Origin: Thermoanaerobaculales bacterium
Lineage (GTDB): Bacteria > Acidobacteriota > Thermoanaerobaculia > Thermoanaerobaculales > Sulfomarinibacteraceae
Length of the DNA stretch: 64,000 nt
Reading direction: 5' to 3'
Assembly (NCBI GenBank): GCA_035358815.1
Contig: DAOPQC010000002.1
Location: 472,207 to 536,206, forward strand
Position 1 is the stretch's first letter. Every line of letters starts with the position of its first letter. The notes under the pieces were generated by a model. The model was not told where the DNA came from. It was given only the letters and a program-made list of their open reading frames with translations, and ran no database searches. This document shows, piece after piece, positions 18,324 to 29,514 of this stretch. A program made the position numbers and the translations under genes.

Positions 18324-19735
18324 TCCGTGGCCTCCTTCGGCGCGATCCTCGGCAGGCTGGCGGCCGCGATCGCCTGGCCGTGGCGCTTGAACTGCTCGTC
18401 GGGGGTGCTGATCGCGATCGTGCTTGCGAGCTCGGTGAACTCGTCCGCGAGGATCGCCTCGGCCGTCTCGATCATCACTCCTCCGCCCTCGCCCGAGGTG
18501 ACCCGGCCGAGCACCAGCAGGTGCCGGAGGTCGTACCAGCGGGCGTACCAGGCGATCGAGTACCCGAGGTAGGCGCCGATCGTCTCGTAGATCGCTCTTG
18601 CCCGCGGGTCGCCCGCCGCCATCCGGGACTGGACCTCCTTCAGGCGATCGGCGAAGGGCATCTCCTCCGGCAGTTCGATGCCGGCGGTCCGGGCCAGCCG
18701 CGCCACGGCCTGCTGGGAGAAGTACTGGACGCCGCACCCGACGTCGCCCGACCACTCGTCGGCCGGTGCGTCCTCGCGGTAGTCGACCGGCGCGAAGGCG
18801 AGCTCGTTGAGCCGGCTGGTGATGTGCCCGTCGGCGTCGCAGTAGCCGGCGGCCATGCTGGTGCCCATCGAGATGCCGAGCAGGCGGTCCGCGCCGAGGC
18901 TCATCGAGGCCGCGAGCGCCGTCACCTCGCCGTCGTTCACCACCTCGAACGGCACGTCGTTCCATGCGCTCCTCACCCGCTTGAAGAGCGGCCGGATGTG
19001 GGCGTCGAAGTCGGCCTCCGAGATCCCCCGGAACAGCGATGCCACCCGTGGCTCGTTGCCGACGTAGACCCCGGCCGCGCTGCCTCCGATCGCGTCCACC
19101 CGCGGCAGGTGGGCGGCTGCCCGCTCAAGCGAGTCCATGATGCCGGCGAAGTGATAGCCCGGGTCCGACTCGAAGTAGGGGCTCCACTCCACCTCCTCGG
19201 CATGGACCACCCGGCCGTCGATGACCGCCGCGCTCTTGCGGTCGCTGCCGCCGAGGTCGAAGCCGATCCGGCAGCCGTCGAGGTTGCGGCCGAGCGGCAT
19301 GGCGGCCACCCGCGGCGCCGGCGCGTCGTCGATGGCGATGCTGCGGACGGCCATGTCGTCGCCGTAGATCCGGCGGCCGACGACGTCGTAGTCGAACGCC
19401 CGTCTGCCGGAGCGGGCGTAGGCCGCGGCCAGCGACTCGGCGAGCTGCGGGTGGCCGCCGACCAGGATCTCGGAGCCGCCGTTCACCCACAGCAGGGCCT
19501 TGATCAACCGCTCCACGTGCTTGAGGTTGAGTGCGGCGTCCCCGCCCAGGTGCGGCAGGACCGCTGTCTCCTCGCGGAACACCGTGCCGTCGCGCCGCCT
19601 CACGCAGAGCACCACGGGCGCGCTGCGCGGATCGGCCGCGACGCGCTCCGCGAAGGCCCGCTCCCAGAGCACGGCCGGCACGAAGCCGGGGTCCAAGACC
19701 GGCTGGTGCCTGACCTCCACCGTCAGCCCGCTCAT
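18320..19735 (-). CDS. ROK/PPGK-like sugar kinase homolog with an N-terminal extension of about 150 aa of unknown function
   Basis: 471 aa. The kinase-like core runs from RIGFDLGGSDRKSA, with VVNDGEVTALA and GISMGTSMAAGY. There is no CxCGxxGC zinc motif, and I recognise no family for the N-terminal 150 aa. Confidence 0.7.
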   Translation of the reverse strand: MSGLTVEVRHQPVLDPGFVPAVLWERAFAERVAADPRSAPVVLCVRRRDGTVFREETAVLPHLGGDAALNLKHVERLIKALLWVNGGSEILVGGHPQLAESLAAAYARSGRRAFDYDVVGRRIYGDDMAVRSIAIDDAPAPRVAAMPLGRNLDGCRIGFDLGGSDRKSAAVIDGRVVHAEEVEWSPYFESDPGYHFAGIMDSLERAAAHLPRVDAIGGSAAGVYVGNEPRVASLFRGISEADFDAHIRPLFKRVRSAWNDVPFEVVNDGEVTALAASMSLGADRLLGISMGTSMAAGYCDADGHITSRLNELAFAPVDYREDAPADEWSGDVGCGVQYFSQQAVARLARTAGIELPEEMPFADRLKEVQSRMAAGDPRARAIYETIGAYLGYSIAWYARWYDLRHLLVLGRVTSGEGGGVMIETAEAILADEFTELASTIAISTPDEQFKRHGQAIAAASLPRIAPKEATE

Positions 19736-19810
19736 GGCATCAGGCCCTCCCGCTCCGGCATGGCCCTCGCGGCACCGGCCGGATCATATCCCGCGGCGGC
19801 AAGCGAGCCA

Positions 19811-21610
19811 TCAACCGCGGCGGGCGGCGGCGCCTGCCTCGGCGGCGGCCGACGCCCCCCAGATCTTCGGCACCACCACCGCCAGCCCGGTCCCGGCGAT
19901 CGCCGCCGCTCCGAGGCACACCGCCGCCTGCATCCCGTGGCCGTACAGGAGGGCGCCGATCCCGAACAGCGCCGCGTAGACGAAGGTGACGCCGAGCACC
20001 CAGCCGAGCACGGCCAGCGACATGCTGTCGCGCGGACCGACGTCGGGGGCGTCGCCGACGACCTTCCTCCAGCCGGGGCCGGCGGGCCGCACCACCGCGT
20101 AGAAGCGGCGCAGGGTCGCCAAGTCGGCCGGCGGCGTCAGGAAGGTGACCACCACCCAGACGACGGTGGTCAGCGCCACCGACATCACGAGGGCGACGTG
20201 GTCCGACAGCTCGAGGCCGTTCTTCCGCGCCACGAACAGGCCCACCGCGATGGTGAACGACGAGGCCATGGCCGCGATCTCTGACCAGGCGTTGATCCGC
20301 CACCAGAACCAGCGCAGGAGGTACAGCAGGCCGGTCCCGGCGCCGATCGACAGCAGCAGCTGGAAGGCCTCGCCGGCGGTGGTCAGCAGGAACATCCCGG
20401 CGCCCGAGACCGTCATCAGCACCGCCGTCATGACTCGCGACAGCCAGACCATGCGCTTCTCCGTCGCGTCGGGGTTGAGGAATCGCTGGTAGAAGTCGTG
20501 CACGAGGTAGGAGCAGCCCCAGTTGAGGTGGGTCGACATGGTCGACACGTAGGCCGACAGCAGCGCCGCCACCAGCAGCCCGATCAGGCCCGCCGGCAGG
20601 AGGGTCAGCATGGCCGGGTAGGCCAGGTCGTTGCCGATCAGGCTGTCGGAGACGTGGGGCAGCGCGGTCTTGATGTCGGCGAGGGTCGGGAACACCAGCA
20701 TCGAGCTCAGGGCGACGATGATCCAGGGCCACGGCCGCAGCGCGTAGTGGGCGATGTTGAACCACAGCGTGGCGGCCATGGCGTGCCGCTCGTCCTTGGC
20801 GGCGAGCATCCGCTGCGCGATGTAGCTGCCGCCGCCCGGCTCCGCACCCGGGTACCACACCGACCACCACTGGATGGTCAGCGGCACGACCAGCACCGAC
20901 AGGGTGAGGCCCCAGTCCGAGAAGTCGGGCAGCAGGTGCAGCGTCTTGGGATCGATCTGCGCCATCAGGCCGGCCAGGCCCCCGACCTGGGGCTGCGACA
21001 GCGCGACGTAGGCGGCCGCGATGACGCCGGCCATCGCGATGACGAACTGGACCAAGTCCGAGGCCAGCACGCCCCACAGCCCCGAGATCGCCGCGAACCC
21101 GACGCAGATCACGCCGCAGACGAGCACCGTCTGCAGCCGGTCCCAGCCGAGCATGACGTTGGCGATCTTGGCCGCCGCCAGGGTGACCGAGGCCATGATC
21201 GCGCAGTTGAAGAAGAACCCGAGGTAGACCGCGCGGAAGCCGCGGACGAAGGCCGCCGACCGCCCCGAGTAGCGCAGCTCGTAGAACTCGAGGTCGGTGA
21301 GCACCCCGGATCGGCGCCACATCTTGGCGTAGAAGAACACCGTCAGCATGCCGGTGAGCAGGAAGGCCCACCACGCCCAGTTCTGCGACACCCCGTGGGT
21401 GCGCACGAAGTCGGTGACGAGGTTGGGCGTGTCGGTGGAGAAGGTGGTGGCGACCATCGAGGTGCCAATCAGCCACCACGGCGCCGACCGTCCCGAGGCG
21501 AAGAACTCGGAGATGCCGCTCGACGCGCGCCGGGCGTAGTAGATCGCCGGAGCGGCGGAGAGGAGGAGGGAAAGCACGATCACGACCCAGTCGATGGCAA
21601 CGAGCTGCAT
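19811..21610 (-). CDS. sodium:solute symporter family (SSF) transporter
   Basis: The start is reset to ATG 21610 (MQLVAIDWVVIVLSLLL) after GGAGG. It contains FFASGRSAPWW and many TM spans. The ORF-track N-terminal 48 aa are a run-on. Confidence 0.85.
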   Translation of the reverse strand: MQLVAIDWVVIVLSLLLSAAPAIYYARRASSGISEFFASGRSAPWWLIGTSMVATTFSTDTPNLVTDFVRTHGVSQNWAWWAFLLTGMLTVFFYAKMWRRSGVLTDLEFYELRYSGRSAAFVRGFRAVYLGFFFNCAIMASVTLAAAKIANVMLGWDRLQTVLVCGVICVGFAAISGLWGVLASDLVQFVIAMAGVIAAAYVALSQPQVGGLAGLMAQIDPKTLHLLPDFSDWGLTLSVLVVPLTIQWWSVWYPGAEPGGGSYIAQRMLAAKDERHAMAATLWFNIAHYALRPWPWIIVALSSMLVFPTLADIKTALPHVSDSLIGNDLAYPAMLTLLPAGLIGLLVAALLSAYVSTMSTHLNWGCSYLVHDFYQRFLNPDATEKRMVWLSRVMTAVLMTVSGAGMFLLTTAGEAFQLLLSIGAGTGLLYLLRWFWWRINAWSEIAAMASSFTIAVGLFVARKNGLELSDHVALVMSVALTTVVWVVVTFLTPPADLATLRRFYAVVRPAGPGWRKVVGDAPDVGPRDSMSLAVLGWVLGVTFVYAALFGIGALLYGHGMQAAVCLGAAAIAGTGLAVVVPKIWGASAAAEAGAAARRG

Positions 21611-21771
21611 GGTGGACCTACCTCCGTTCCAGGCTTCGGGAAGACCGGGCGCCACGCGGCATCCGGGCCCTGCTCCGGGCTGTCGTGCGAGCCATGATAC
21701 CGGAGCGCGGCCGCCGCGCACTGGCGCGCCGCCCGCGGCTGGGAGAGAATGCACCGCACGCGAGGTGAACC

Positions 21772-23901
21772 ATGAGGAACCCGATGATCGCCACGTTGAT
21801 CACCCTGGCCGCAACCGCCGCGGCCGGAGCCGCGGTCGCGGCAAGCTCGCCGGCGACCCTTGATCTGATGCCGATGCCCCGGCTCGTCGAGCTCGGCTCG
21901 GGTGATCTCACGATCACTGCGGGCTTCACCGTCTCCATCGACGGCGGCGGCGCCACGCCGCGGCTCGCCGACGGTGTGCAGCGGATGCTGCGGCGGCTGT
22001 CCGACCGTTCGGGCCTGTTCTTCCCGCCTTCGACCTTCCTCGAGCTCACGGGGCGACCCGCCGCGGCGCTGACGATCAGTGCGGGCCGCGCCGGCGCGCT
22101 GGTCCTGGGCGAGGACGAGAGCTACACGCTCCGGGTTGCCGGCGACGGCATGCTCCTGACGGCGGCCACCGACATCGGCGCGCTGCGCGGGCTCGAGACC
22201 GTGCTCCAGCTCGTCACCCTCGACGAGCGGGGAGTGACGGTCCCGATGGTCCGGATCGAGGACGCGCCCCGCTTCCCGTGGCGCGGGCTGATGATCGACG
22301 CAAGCCGCCACTTCATGCCGGTCGAGGTCGTCAAGCGCAACCTCGACGCCATGGCCGCGGTCAAGCTCAACGTGCTGCACTGGCACCTCGTCGACGACCA
22401 GGGCTTCCGCGTCGAGTGCCTGGCCTTCCCGCGCCTCCACGAAGCGGCGTCGGACGGCAGCTACTACACCCGCGCCCAGATCCGCGAGGTCCAGATTTTT
22501 GCCGCGGCGCGCGGGATCCGGGTCGTTCCCGAGTTCGACCTGCCCGGCCACGCCACCGCCTGGGCGACCGCCTACCCCGAGCTCGCGAGCCTGCCCGGAC
22601 CCTACCGGATCGAGCGCAGCTGGGGCATCTTCGACCCCACGTTGAACCCGATCCAGGAGGAGACCTACCGCTTCCTCGACGCCTTCTTCGGCGAGATGGC
22701 CGCGCTGTTCGACGATGAGTTCATGCACATCGGCGGCGACGAGAACAACGGCATCCAATGGGCGGCCAACCCGGAGATCGCGGCCCACATGGCGCGCGAG
22801 GGCTACGCCGACACCCTGGCGATGCAGCGCTACTTCAACGAGCGCATGCTCGAGATCTTCACCCGCCACGGCAAGCGCATGATCGGCTGGGACGAGATCT
22901 TCCAGGAGGGCCTGCCGAAGGACATCGTGATCCACTCCTGGCGCGGCCGCGAGGCGCTCGCCGAGGCGGCGAGCCGGGGCTACGCCGGAATTCTCTCCAA
23001 CGGCTACTACATCGACCTCATGCAGCCGACCGACTTCCACTACCTCAACGACCCGCTGCCGGCCGACTCGCCGCTGCCTGAGGAGGCGCGCCGGCTGGTC
23101 CTGGGCGGCGAGGCCACGATGTGGGCCGAGTTCGTCACCCCGGAGACCGTGGACTCCCGGATCTGGCCGCGCACCGCGGCCATCGCCGAGCGGCTGTGGT
23201 CCCCGGGGAGCGTGACCGACGTTGCCGACATGTACCGCCGGCTCGACCGGATCAGCCGGCTGCTCGAGGAGCACGGCCTGCTGCACCTGAAGAACCGGCC
23301 GATGATGCTGCGCCGGCTGTGCCAGTGCCGGGACCTCGCCGGCCTTGAGACCCTGCTCGGCGTGGTCGAGCCGGTCAAGGTCTACCGCCGCAACGCGCTG
23401 CGCAAGGACTCGCCCCACCCCTACACCCAGCTGTCGCCGCTGACCCGGCTGGTCGACATCGCCGGAGCGGACGCGGCCGATGCCCGCGCCTTCCGGTGGA
23501 CCGTGGAGCGGATGGCGGCCGACGGCTTCGCCACTCCGGCCGACATTGACGCAGCGCGGCAGTTGCTGCTGCGCTGGCGGGGAAACCACGCGACCGTCGT
23601 GGAAACGCTGCGGGCGTCACCAGGCTTGGCCGAGATGGAGCCGCTGTCGGCGACGCTGGCCGAGACGGCCGCGATCGGGCTCGAGGCCCTCGAGCTCGCC
23701 TCCTCACGGCTCGCGGCGCCGGCAGGCTGGCTCGAGCCGCGCCTGGCGCGCCTCGAGGCCGCCCGGGCGCCGGTCGGCGAGGCCGAACTGATGGTCGTCG
23801 ATCCCTTGGTGCTGCTTGCCTGCCTCGCGGCCGGGCCGGAGGGCGCGGCGGCGGACGGCTGCCGGCTCCGCGCCGGGACCGGCGCGGCGGGCGACCACTG
23901 A
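21772..23901 (+). CDS. GH20 beta-N-acetylhexosaminidase with a long helical C-terminal extension
   Basis: 709 aa with a signal peptide. Motifs: RFPWRGLMIDASRHF, LHWHLVDDQGFR, HIGGDE (catalytic D-E pair), GGEATMWAE. Confidence 0.9.
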   Translation: MRNPMIATLITLAATAAAGAAVAASSPATLDLMPMPRLVELGSGDLTITAGFTVSIDGGGATPRLADGVQRMLRRLSDRSGLFFPPSTFLELTGRPAAALTISAGRAGALVLGEDESYTLRVAGDGMLLTAATDIGALRGLETVLQLVTLDERGVTVPMVRIEDAPRFPWRGLMIDASRHFMPVEVVKRNLDAMAAVKLNVLHWHLVDDQGFRVECLAFPRLHEAASDGSYYTRAQIREVQIFAAARGIRVVPEFDLPGHATAWATAYPELASLPGPYRIERSWGIFDPTLNPIQEETYRFLDAFFGEMAALFDDEFMHIGGDENNGIQWAANPEIAAHMAREGYADTLAMQRYFNERMLEIFTRHGKRMIGWDEIFQEGLPKDIVIHSWRGREALAEAASRGYAGILSNGYYIDLMQPTDFHYLNDPLPADSPLPEEARRLVLGGEATMWAEFVTPETVDSRIWPRTAAIAERLWSPGSVTDVADMYRRLDRISRLLEEHGLLHLKNRPMMLRRLCQCRDLAGLETLLGVVEPVKVYRRNALRKDSPHPYTQLSPLTRLVDIAGADAADARAFRWTVERMAADGFATPADIDAARQLLLRWRGNHATVVETLRASPGLAEMEPLSATLAETAAIGLEALELASSRLAAPAGWLEPRLARLEAARAPVGEAELMVVDPLVLLACLAAGPEGAAADGCRLRAGTGAAGDH

Positions 23902-24039
23902 GGGCCGAAGCCGACGGCGCCTCGCGACGGCGGGGCCTTCCGAAGGTCGAACCGGCGGCCGGTTTCGTGTAGCCTCGCATCGGCCTGAGGGGGACGTCGC
24001 GCCGCCGGGGATTCCCTGGCGGCCCGTTCGGGGGGAGAC

Positions 24040-25872
24040 ATGGCACAGATCGGACTGACGGGCCTCGACCTCGCCATCATCGCCGTGTACCTGGTGGCGG
24101 TGACCGTCATCGGCCTCGCCGTGCGCCGGCGGGCGGCGAGAAGCGTCGAGTCCTACCTGCTCGGTGACAAGAGCCTGCCCTGGTACATGCTCGGCCTGTC
24201 CAACGCTTCCGGGATGTTCGACATCTCGGGCACGATGTGGCTGGTCACCATCGGCTTCGTCTACGGCCTGAAGAGCATCTGGCTGCCCTGGCTGTGGCCG
24301 ACCTTCAACCAGATCTTCCTGATGGTCTACCTGTCGGCCTGGCTGCGCCGGTCGAACGTGACCACCGGCGCCCAGTGGATCGAGACCCGGTTCGGCACCG
24401 GCATCGGCGCCCGCCTGTCGCACATGGTGGTGGTGATCTTCGCGCTCATCGGCGGCCTCGGCTTCCTCGCCTACGGCTTCGTCGGCCTGGGCAAGTTCGT
24501 CGAGATCTTCATCCCGTGGGAGGTGGTCCAGCCCTGGATCGGGATCACGGTCTCGCCCGAGCACGTGCCCCACCTGTACGGCATCGTCTTCACCCTGGTC
24601 GCGGTGGCCTACACCGTCCTCGGCGGCATGCGGTCGATCGTGCTCGCCGACGTCCTCCAGTACACCATCATGACCGTCTCGGCGGTGGTGGTGGCGGTGA
24701 TCGCCATGACCGCCCTCGCCGCCAACCCGCTGGTGGTGCCCGACGGCTGGATGAGCCCGTGGTTCGGTTGGAACCTCGACCTCGACTGGAGCGGGATCAT
24801 CGCCGAGGTCAACCAGAAGATCGCCTCCGACCAGTTCTCGCTGTTCACCATCTTCTTCATGATGATGGTCTTCAAGGGAATCCTGGTCAGCGCGGCCGGG
24901 CCGGCGCCCAACTACGACATGCAGAAAATCCTGGCCACCCGGTCGCCGCGCGAGGCCGCGAAGATGAGCGGCTTCGTCAGCCTGGTCCTGAGCCCGTCGC
25001 GCTACCTGATGATCGCCGGCTTCATGGTGCTCGGGCTGCTGTTCTACGACCGGCTCGACCTGGTCGTGGGCGGCCAGATCGACTTCGAGCAGATCCTGCC
25101 GTCGGCGATCAACGAGTTCGTGCCCGCCGGCCTGACCGGGCTGCTGCTCGCCGGCCTGGCGGCGGCCTTCGTCTCGACCTTCGCCGGGACCCTCAATGCG
25201 GCCCAGGCCTACGTGGTCAACGACCTCTACCACAAGTACATCGACCCCAAGGCCACCCACCGGCGCACGGTGCTGATCAACTACGCGAGCGGGCTGCTGC
25301 TGGTGGTCGTCAGCATGGTGCTCGGCTTCTATGCCGGCAACGTCAACAACATGCTGCAGTGGATCGTGTCGGCGCTGTGGGGCGCCTACCTGTCGTCCAA
25401 CGTGCTCAAGTGGTACTGGTGGCGGTTCAACGGCTTCGGCTACTTCTGGGGCATGGTGGCCGGCATCGTCCCGGCGCTGGTCGCCCCGGCGATCTGGCCG
25501 CAGATGCTGCCGCTGTACTACTTCCCGCACCTGATGGCGATCTCGCTGGTCGGCTGCCTGCTCGGCACCTTCCTGACCGCGCCCACCGACCAGGAGACCC
25601 TGAAGACCTTCTACCGCACGGTGCGGCCGTGGGGCTTCTGGGGACCGATCCGCCGCCTGGTCGAGGCCGAGGACCCGGCCTTCCGGCGCAACCGCAACTT
25701 CAAGCGCGACATGTTCAACATCGTGGTCGGCACCGCGTGGCAGACCGCCCTGGTGGCGCTGCCGATCTACTTCGTGCTGATGCGGTGGCAGGCGGTGGCG
25801 GTGACGGCGGCGATCGTCGCGGCGACGATGGTCATCCTCAAGAAGACCTGGTACGACCGGCTCGAAGACTGA
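24040..25872 (+). CDS. sodium:solute symporter family (SSF) transporter
   Basis: 610 aa and polytopic. It sits immediately upstream of the epimerase/GH130 genes, with a 4-nt gap. Confidence 0.85.
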   Translation: MAQIGLTGLDLAIIAVYLVAVTVIGLAVRRRAARSVESYLLGDKSLPWYMLGLSNASGMFDISGTMWLVTIGFVYGLKSIWLPWLWPTFNQIFLMVYLSAWLRRSNVTTGAQWIETRFGTGIGARLSHMVVVIFALIGGLGFLAYGFVGLGKFVEIFIPWEVVQPWIGITVSPEHVPHLYGIVFTLVAVAYTVLGGMRSIVLADVLQYTIMTVSAVVVAVIAMTALAANPLVVPDGWMSPWFGWNLDLDWSGIIAEVNQKIASDQFSLFTIFFMMMVFKGILVSAAGPAPNYDMQKILATRSPREAAKMSGFVSLVLSPSRYLMIAGFMVLGLLFYDRLDLVVGGQIDFEQILPSAINEFVPAGLTGLLLAGLAAAFVSTFAGTLNAAQAYVVNDLYHKYIDPKATHRRTVLINYASGLLLVVVSMVLGFYAGNVNNMLQWIVSALWGAYLSSNVLKWYWWRFNGFGYFWGMVAGIVPALVAPAIWPQMLPLYYFPHLMAISLVGCLLGTFLTAPTDQETLKTFYRTVRPWGFWGPIRRLVEAEDPAFRRNRNFKRDMFNIVVGTAWQTALVALPIYFVLMRWQAVAVTAAIVAATMVILKKTWYDRLED

Positions 25873-25876
25873 CGCC

Positions 25877-27091
25877 ATGGACCGACCGGCCCTTCGGGGC
25901 GCTATCGCCCGCGAGCTCGAGACCAACCTGCTGCCGTTCTGGCGCGAGCGCAGCCTCGACCACCGCCGCGGCGGTTTCATCGGCGAGATGGCGAACGACG
26001 GCACCGTTCGCGAGGATGCGCAGCGCGGGCTGATCCTCAACGCCCGCCTGCTGTGGACCTTCTCGGCGCTGTACCGCGAGCTCGGCGACGAGCGCGACCT
26101 GGCCCTGGCGCGGCGCGCGCTCGAGGCGCTCGAGACGGCCTTCCACGACCGCGAGCACGGCGGCTACTTCTGGCGGACCGATGCCGAAGGCCGCCCGCTC
26201 GACACCTCCAAGAAGGTCTACGGCCAGGCCTTCTGCATCTACGCGCTCGCCGAGCTCCACCGCGCGACCGGCGATGCGGCGGCCTTCGACGCCGCGACCG
26301 CGCTCCTCGGGCTGGTCGACCGCCACGCCCGCGACCCGCGTTTCGGCGGCTGGATCGAGGCCCGCGCCCGCGCCTGGTCCGAGGCCGACGACCTGCGGCT
26401 GTCGGACAAGGACATGGACGTCGCCAAGTCGATGAACACCCACCTCCACCTGCTGGAGGCGGTCACCAACCTTCACCGCGCGCGGCCGTCCGCAGCGACC
26501 GCCGAGCGGCTCGCCGAGCTGCTGGCCATCTTCGACCGCCACATCCTCGGCCCGGACCCGCTCGACCGGCACCTGCGCCCCTTCTTCGACGAGCGGTGGG
26601 ACGTGTGCTCGGACAGCTACACATTCGGTCACGACATCGAGGCGGCGTGGCTGCTGTCGGAGGCGGCCGAGGTGCTCGGCGACCCGCCGGCGCTCGAGAA
26701 GGCGACCGGCTGGGCCATCGACCTCGCGCGGACGGCGCTCGCCCAGGGCCTGGGCCCGGATGGCGGGCTCGCCTACGAGGGGCGAGCAGGCGAGGTGACC
26801 AACCGCGACCACGACTGGTGGTGCCAGGCCGAGGCGGTCATCGGCTTCTGGCACGCCTTCTCGCTCACCGGCGAGCCGGCCTTCGCCGAGGCCTCGGCTC
26901 GCAGCTGGAGCTTCATCGACCGCTTCCTCGTCGACCGGGTCCACGGCGACTGGCACTGGCGGGTCAAGGCCGACGGCGAGGTCGACCGCGCCGAGCCCAA
27001 GGTGTCGGAGTGGAAGTGTCCCTACCACAGTGTTCGGATGTGCCTCGAGATGATGCGGCGTCTGGCCGACGCCGGTGGGGCGGCGCCATGA
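25877..27091 (+). CDS. AGE-family 2-epimerase (cellobiose/mannobiose 2-epimerase-like)
   Basis: 404 aa. N-acylglucosamine 2-epimerase superfamily pattern: [56 protein letters not shown]. Confidence 0.85.
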   Translation: MDRPALRGAIARELETNLLPFWRERSLDHRRGGFIGEMANDGTVREDAQRGLILNARLLWTFSALYRELGDERDLALARRALEALETAFHDREHGGYFWRTDAEGRPLDTSKKVYGQAFCIYALAELHRATGDAAAFDAATALLGLVDRHARDPRFGGWIEARARAWSEADDLRLSDKDMDVAKSMNTHLHLLEAVTNLHRARPSAATAERLAELLAIFDRHILGPDPLDRHLRPFFDERWDVCSDSYTFGHDIEAAWLLSEAAEVLGDPPALEKATGWAIDLARTALAQGLGPDGGLAYEGRAGEVTNRDHDWWCQAEAVIGFWHAFSLTGEPAFAEASARSWSFIDRFLVDRVHGDWHWRVKADGEVDRAEPKVSEWKCPYHSVRMCLEMMRRLADAGGAAP

Positions 27092-28278
27092 GGGTCCAGA
27101 GCTTCGGCGAGCGCAGAGGTGAGATCTTCGACGACTACGAGCGGCTGATCGCGCGGACGAACCAGCCGGAGGAGCGCAGCAATGGGGTGGTCCAGCGCTG
27201 GCGCCACCCGGTGCTGACCGCCGATCACACCCCGCCGTTCTGGCGCTACGACCTCGACGAGGCGACCAACCCGCACCTGCTGGAGCGGCTCGCGATCAAC
27301 GCCGTGTTCAATCCCGGCGCGATCTTCCACGACGGCAAGTTCTGCCTGATGGCGCGGGTCGAGGGCGCGGACCGCAAGAGCTTCTTCGCGGTCGCCGAGA
27401 GTGAAAGCGGCGTCGACGGCTTCCGCTTCCGCGACCGGCCGGTCGTGATGCCCTCAACCGCCGACCCCGACGTCAACGTCTACGACATGCGCCTAGTCCG
27501 GCACGAAGATGGATGGATCTACGGCCTGTTCTGCACCGAGCGCAAGGACCCGGCGGCGCCCCGCGGCGACCTCTCGTCGGCGGTGGCCCAGTGCGGGATC
27601 GCGCGCACCCATGACCTTGAGACCTGGGAGCGCCTGCCCGACCTGCGGACGCCCTCGCCCCAGCAGCGCAACGTGGTCCTCCACCCCGAGCTCGTCGACG
27701 GCAGGTACGCCTTCTACACCCGACCGCAGGACGGCTTCATCGAGGCCGGTTCGGGCGGCGGCATCGGCTGGGGCCTGTCGGAGCGGATCGATCCTGCGGT
27801 CATCGACCGGGAGGTCATCGTCCACGACCGCGCCTACCACACCATCGCCGAGGTCAAGAACGGGCTCGGCCCGGCGCCGATCAGGACCAGCCGCGGCTGG
27901 CTGCAGCTCGCCCATGGGGTGCGCAACACTGCGGCCGGGCTGCGCTACGTGCTGTACGCCTTCATGACCGCCATCGACGAGCCATGGCGCGTCATCCACG
28001 CGCCCGGCGGCCACCTGCTCGCGCCCGAGGGCGAGGAGCGCGTCGGCGACGTCTCGAACGTGGTCTTCTCGTGCGGCTGGATCGACCGGCCGGACGGCGC
28101 CCTCTACATCTACTACGCCTCGTCGGACAGCCGCTGCCACGTCGCGACGACCACCGTCGAGCGGCTCGTCGACTACTGCCGACACACCCCACCCGACCCG
28201 CTGCGGTCGGCGGCCTGTGTCACGCAGCGGCTCGAGCTCATCGAGCACAACCTCAAGCTGATGGGAGGTGAGCGATGA
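27088..28278 (+). CDS. GH130 4-O-beta-D-mannosyl-D-glucose phosphorylase-like
   Basis: The start is reset to ATG 27088 (ATGA overlap with the epimerase). As I recall it, the protein is collinear with Bacteroides fragilis MGP: [69 protein letters not shown]. Confidence 0.9.
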   Translation: MRVQSFGERRGEIFDDYERLIARTNQPEERSNGVVQRWRHPVLTADHTPPFWRYDLDEATNPHLLERLAINAVFNPGAIFHDGKFCLMARVEGADRKSFFAVAESESGVDGFRFRDRPVVMPSTADPDVNVYDMRLVRHEDGWIYGLFCTERKDPAAPRGDLSSAVAQCGIARTHDLETWERLPDLRTPSPQQRNVVLHPELVDGRYAFYTRPQDGFIEAGSGGGIGWGLSERIDPAVIDREVIVHDRAYHTIAEVKNGLGPAPIRTSRGWLQLAHGVRNTAAGLRYVLYAFMTAIDEPWRVIHAPGGHLLAPEGEERVGDVSNVVFSCGWIDRPDGALYIYYASSDSRCHVATTTVERLVDYCRHTPPDPLRSAACVTQRLELIEHNLKLMGGER

Positions 28279-29501
28279 CGAGGGCATTGGCTGCGCTCGC
28301 GGTGGCCATCCTCGCCGTGGCACCGGCCGCACAAGCGCAGAAGTTCGAGGGCCTGGCCCTGACGCCGCCGATGGGCTGGAACAGCTGGAACCACTTCGCG
28401 TGCGACATCAGCGAGGAGACGGTGCGGCAGACCGCCGACGCCATGGTCGCCTCGGGGATGAGGGACGCCGGCTACCTCTACGTGAACATCGACGACTGCT
28501 GGCACGGCGAGCGCGACGCCGACGGCTTCATCGGGGCCGATCCCGGGCGCTTCCCCTCGGGGATCAAGGCGCTCGCCGACTACGTCCACTCCAAGGGGCT
28601 CAAGCTCGGCCTCTACTCCGACGCCGGCTGGAAGACCTGCGGCGGCCGGCCCGGCAGCCGCGGCCGCGAGTTCCAGGACGCCCTGACCTACGCCCGCTGG
28701 GGGGTCGACTACCTCAAGTACGACTGGTGCTCGACCGAGGGGCTCAGGGCCGAGGGCGCCTACCAGACCATGGCGGCGGCGCTCACGGCGGCCGGCCGGC
28801 CGATCGTGTTCTCGATCTGCGAGTGGGGCGACAACAAGCCGTGGGAGTGGGCCGGCGACGTCGGCCACCTGTGGCGGACCACCGGTGACATCACAGCCTG
28901 CTTCGACTGCGAGGTCGACCACGGCGACTGGTCGTCGTGGGGGGTGCTGCGGATCCTCGACTTGCAGGAGGGCCTGCGGGCCCACGCCGGCCCCGGCCAC
29001 TGGAACGACCCCGACATGATGGAGGTCGGCAACGGGATGAGCGAGAGCGAGGACCGGGCCCACTTCTCGATGTGGGCGATGCTCGCCGCGCCGCTGATCG
29101 CCGGCAACGACCTGCGGACGATGTCCGAGACGACGCGGTCGATCCTCACCAACCGCGAGGTGATCGCCGTCGACCAGGACCCGCTCGGCATCCAGGGTTT
29201 CCGCCACTCCCGCGACGGCGACCTCGAGGTCTGGTACCGGCCGCTCGCTGACGAGGACTGGGCGGTGTGCGTGCTCAACCGCGGGCCCGCACCGCGGCGG
29301 ATCGAGCTCGACTGGCACGACGAAACGGTGTCCGACGAGCTGTCGGGCCGGCAGACGCTCTTCAACGCCAGGCTGTACCGGGTGCGCGACCTGTGGACCG
29401 GCAAGGACCTCGGCACCACCCGCCGGGTCCTCGACGCAGAGATCGGGGGCCACGACGTGCTCATGGTGCGACTCGCCCGGGTGCTGGACGCGGACGACTG
29501 A
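28275..29501 (+). CDS. GH27 alpha-galactosidase, secreted
   Basis: 408 aa with a signal peptide. Motifs: [29 protein letters not shown] (nucleophile Asp region), PDMMEVGN. Confidence 0.9.
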   Translation: MTRALAALAVAILAVAPAAQAQKFEGLALTPPMGWNSWNHFACDISEETVRQTADAMVASGMRDAGYLYVNIDDCWHGERDADGFIGADPGRFPSGIKALADYVHSKGLKLGLYSDAGWKTCGGRPGSRGREFQDALTYARWGVDYLKYDWCSTEGLRAEGAYQTMAAALTAAGRPIVFSICEWGDNKPWEWAGDVGHLWRTTGDITACFDCEVDHGDWSSWGVLRILDLQEGLRAHAGPGHWNDPDMMEVGNGMSESEDRAHFSMWAMLAAPLIAGNDLRTMSETTRSILTNREVIAVDQDPLGIQGFRHSRDGDLEVWYRPLADEDWAVCVLNRGPAPRRIELDWHDETVSDELSGRQTLFNARLYRVRDLWTGKDLGTTRRVLDAEIGGHDVLMVRLARVLDADD

Positions 29502-29514
29502 TCGGGAGGGCAGC

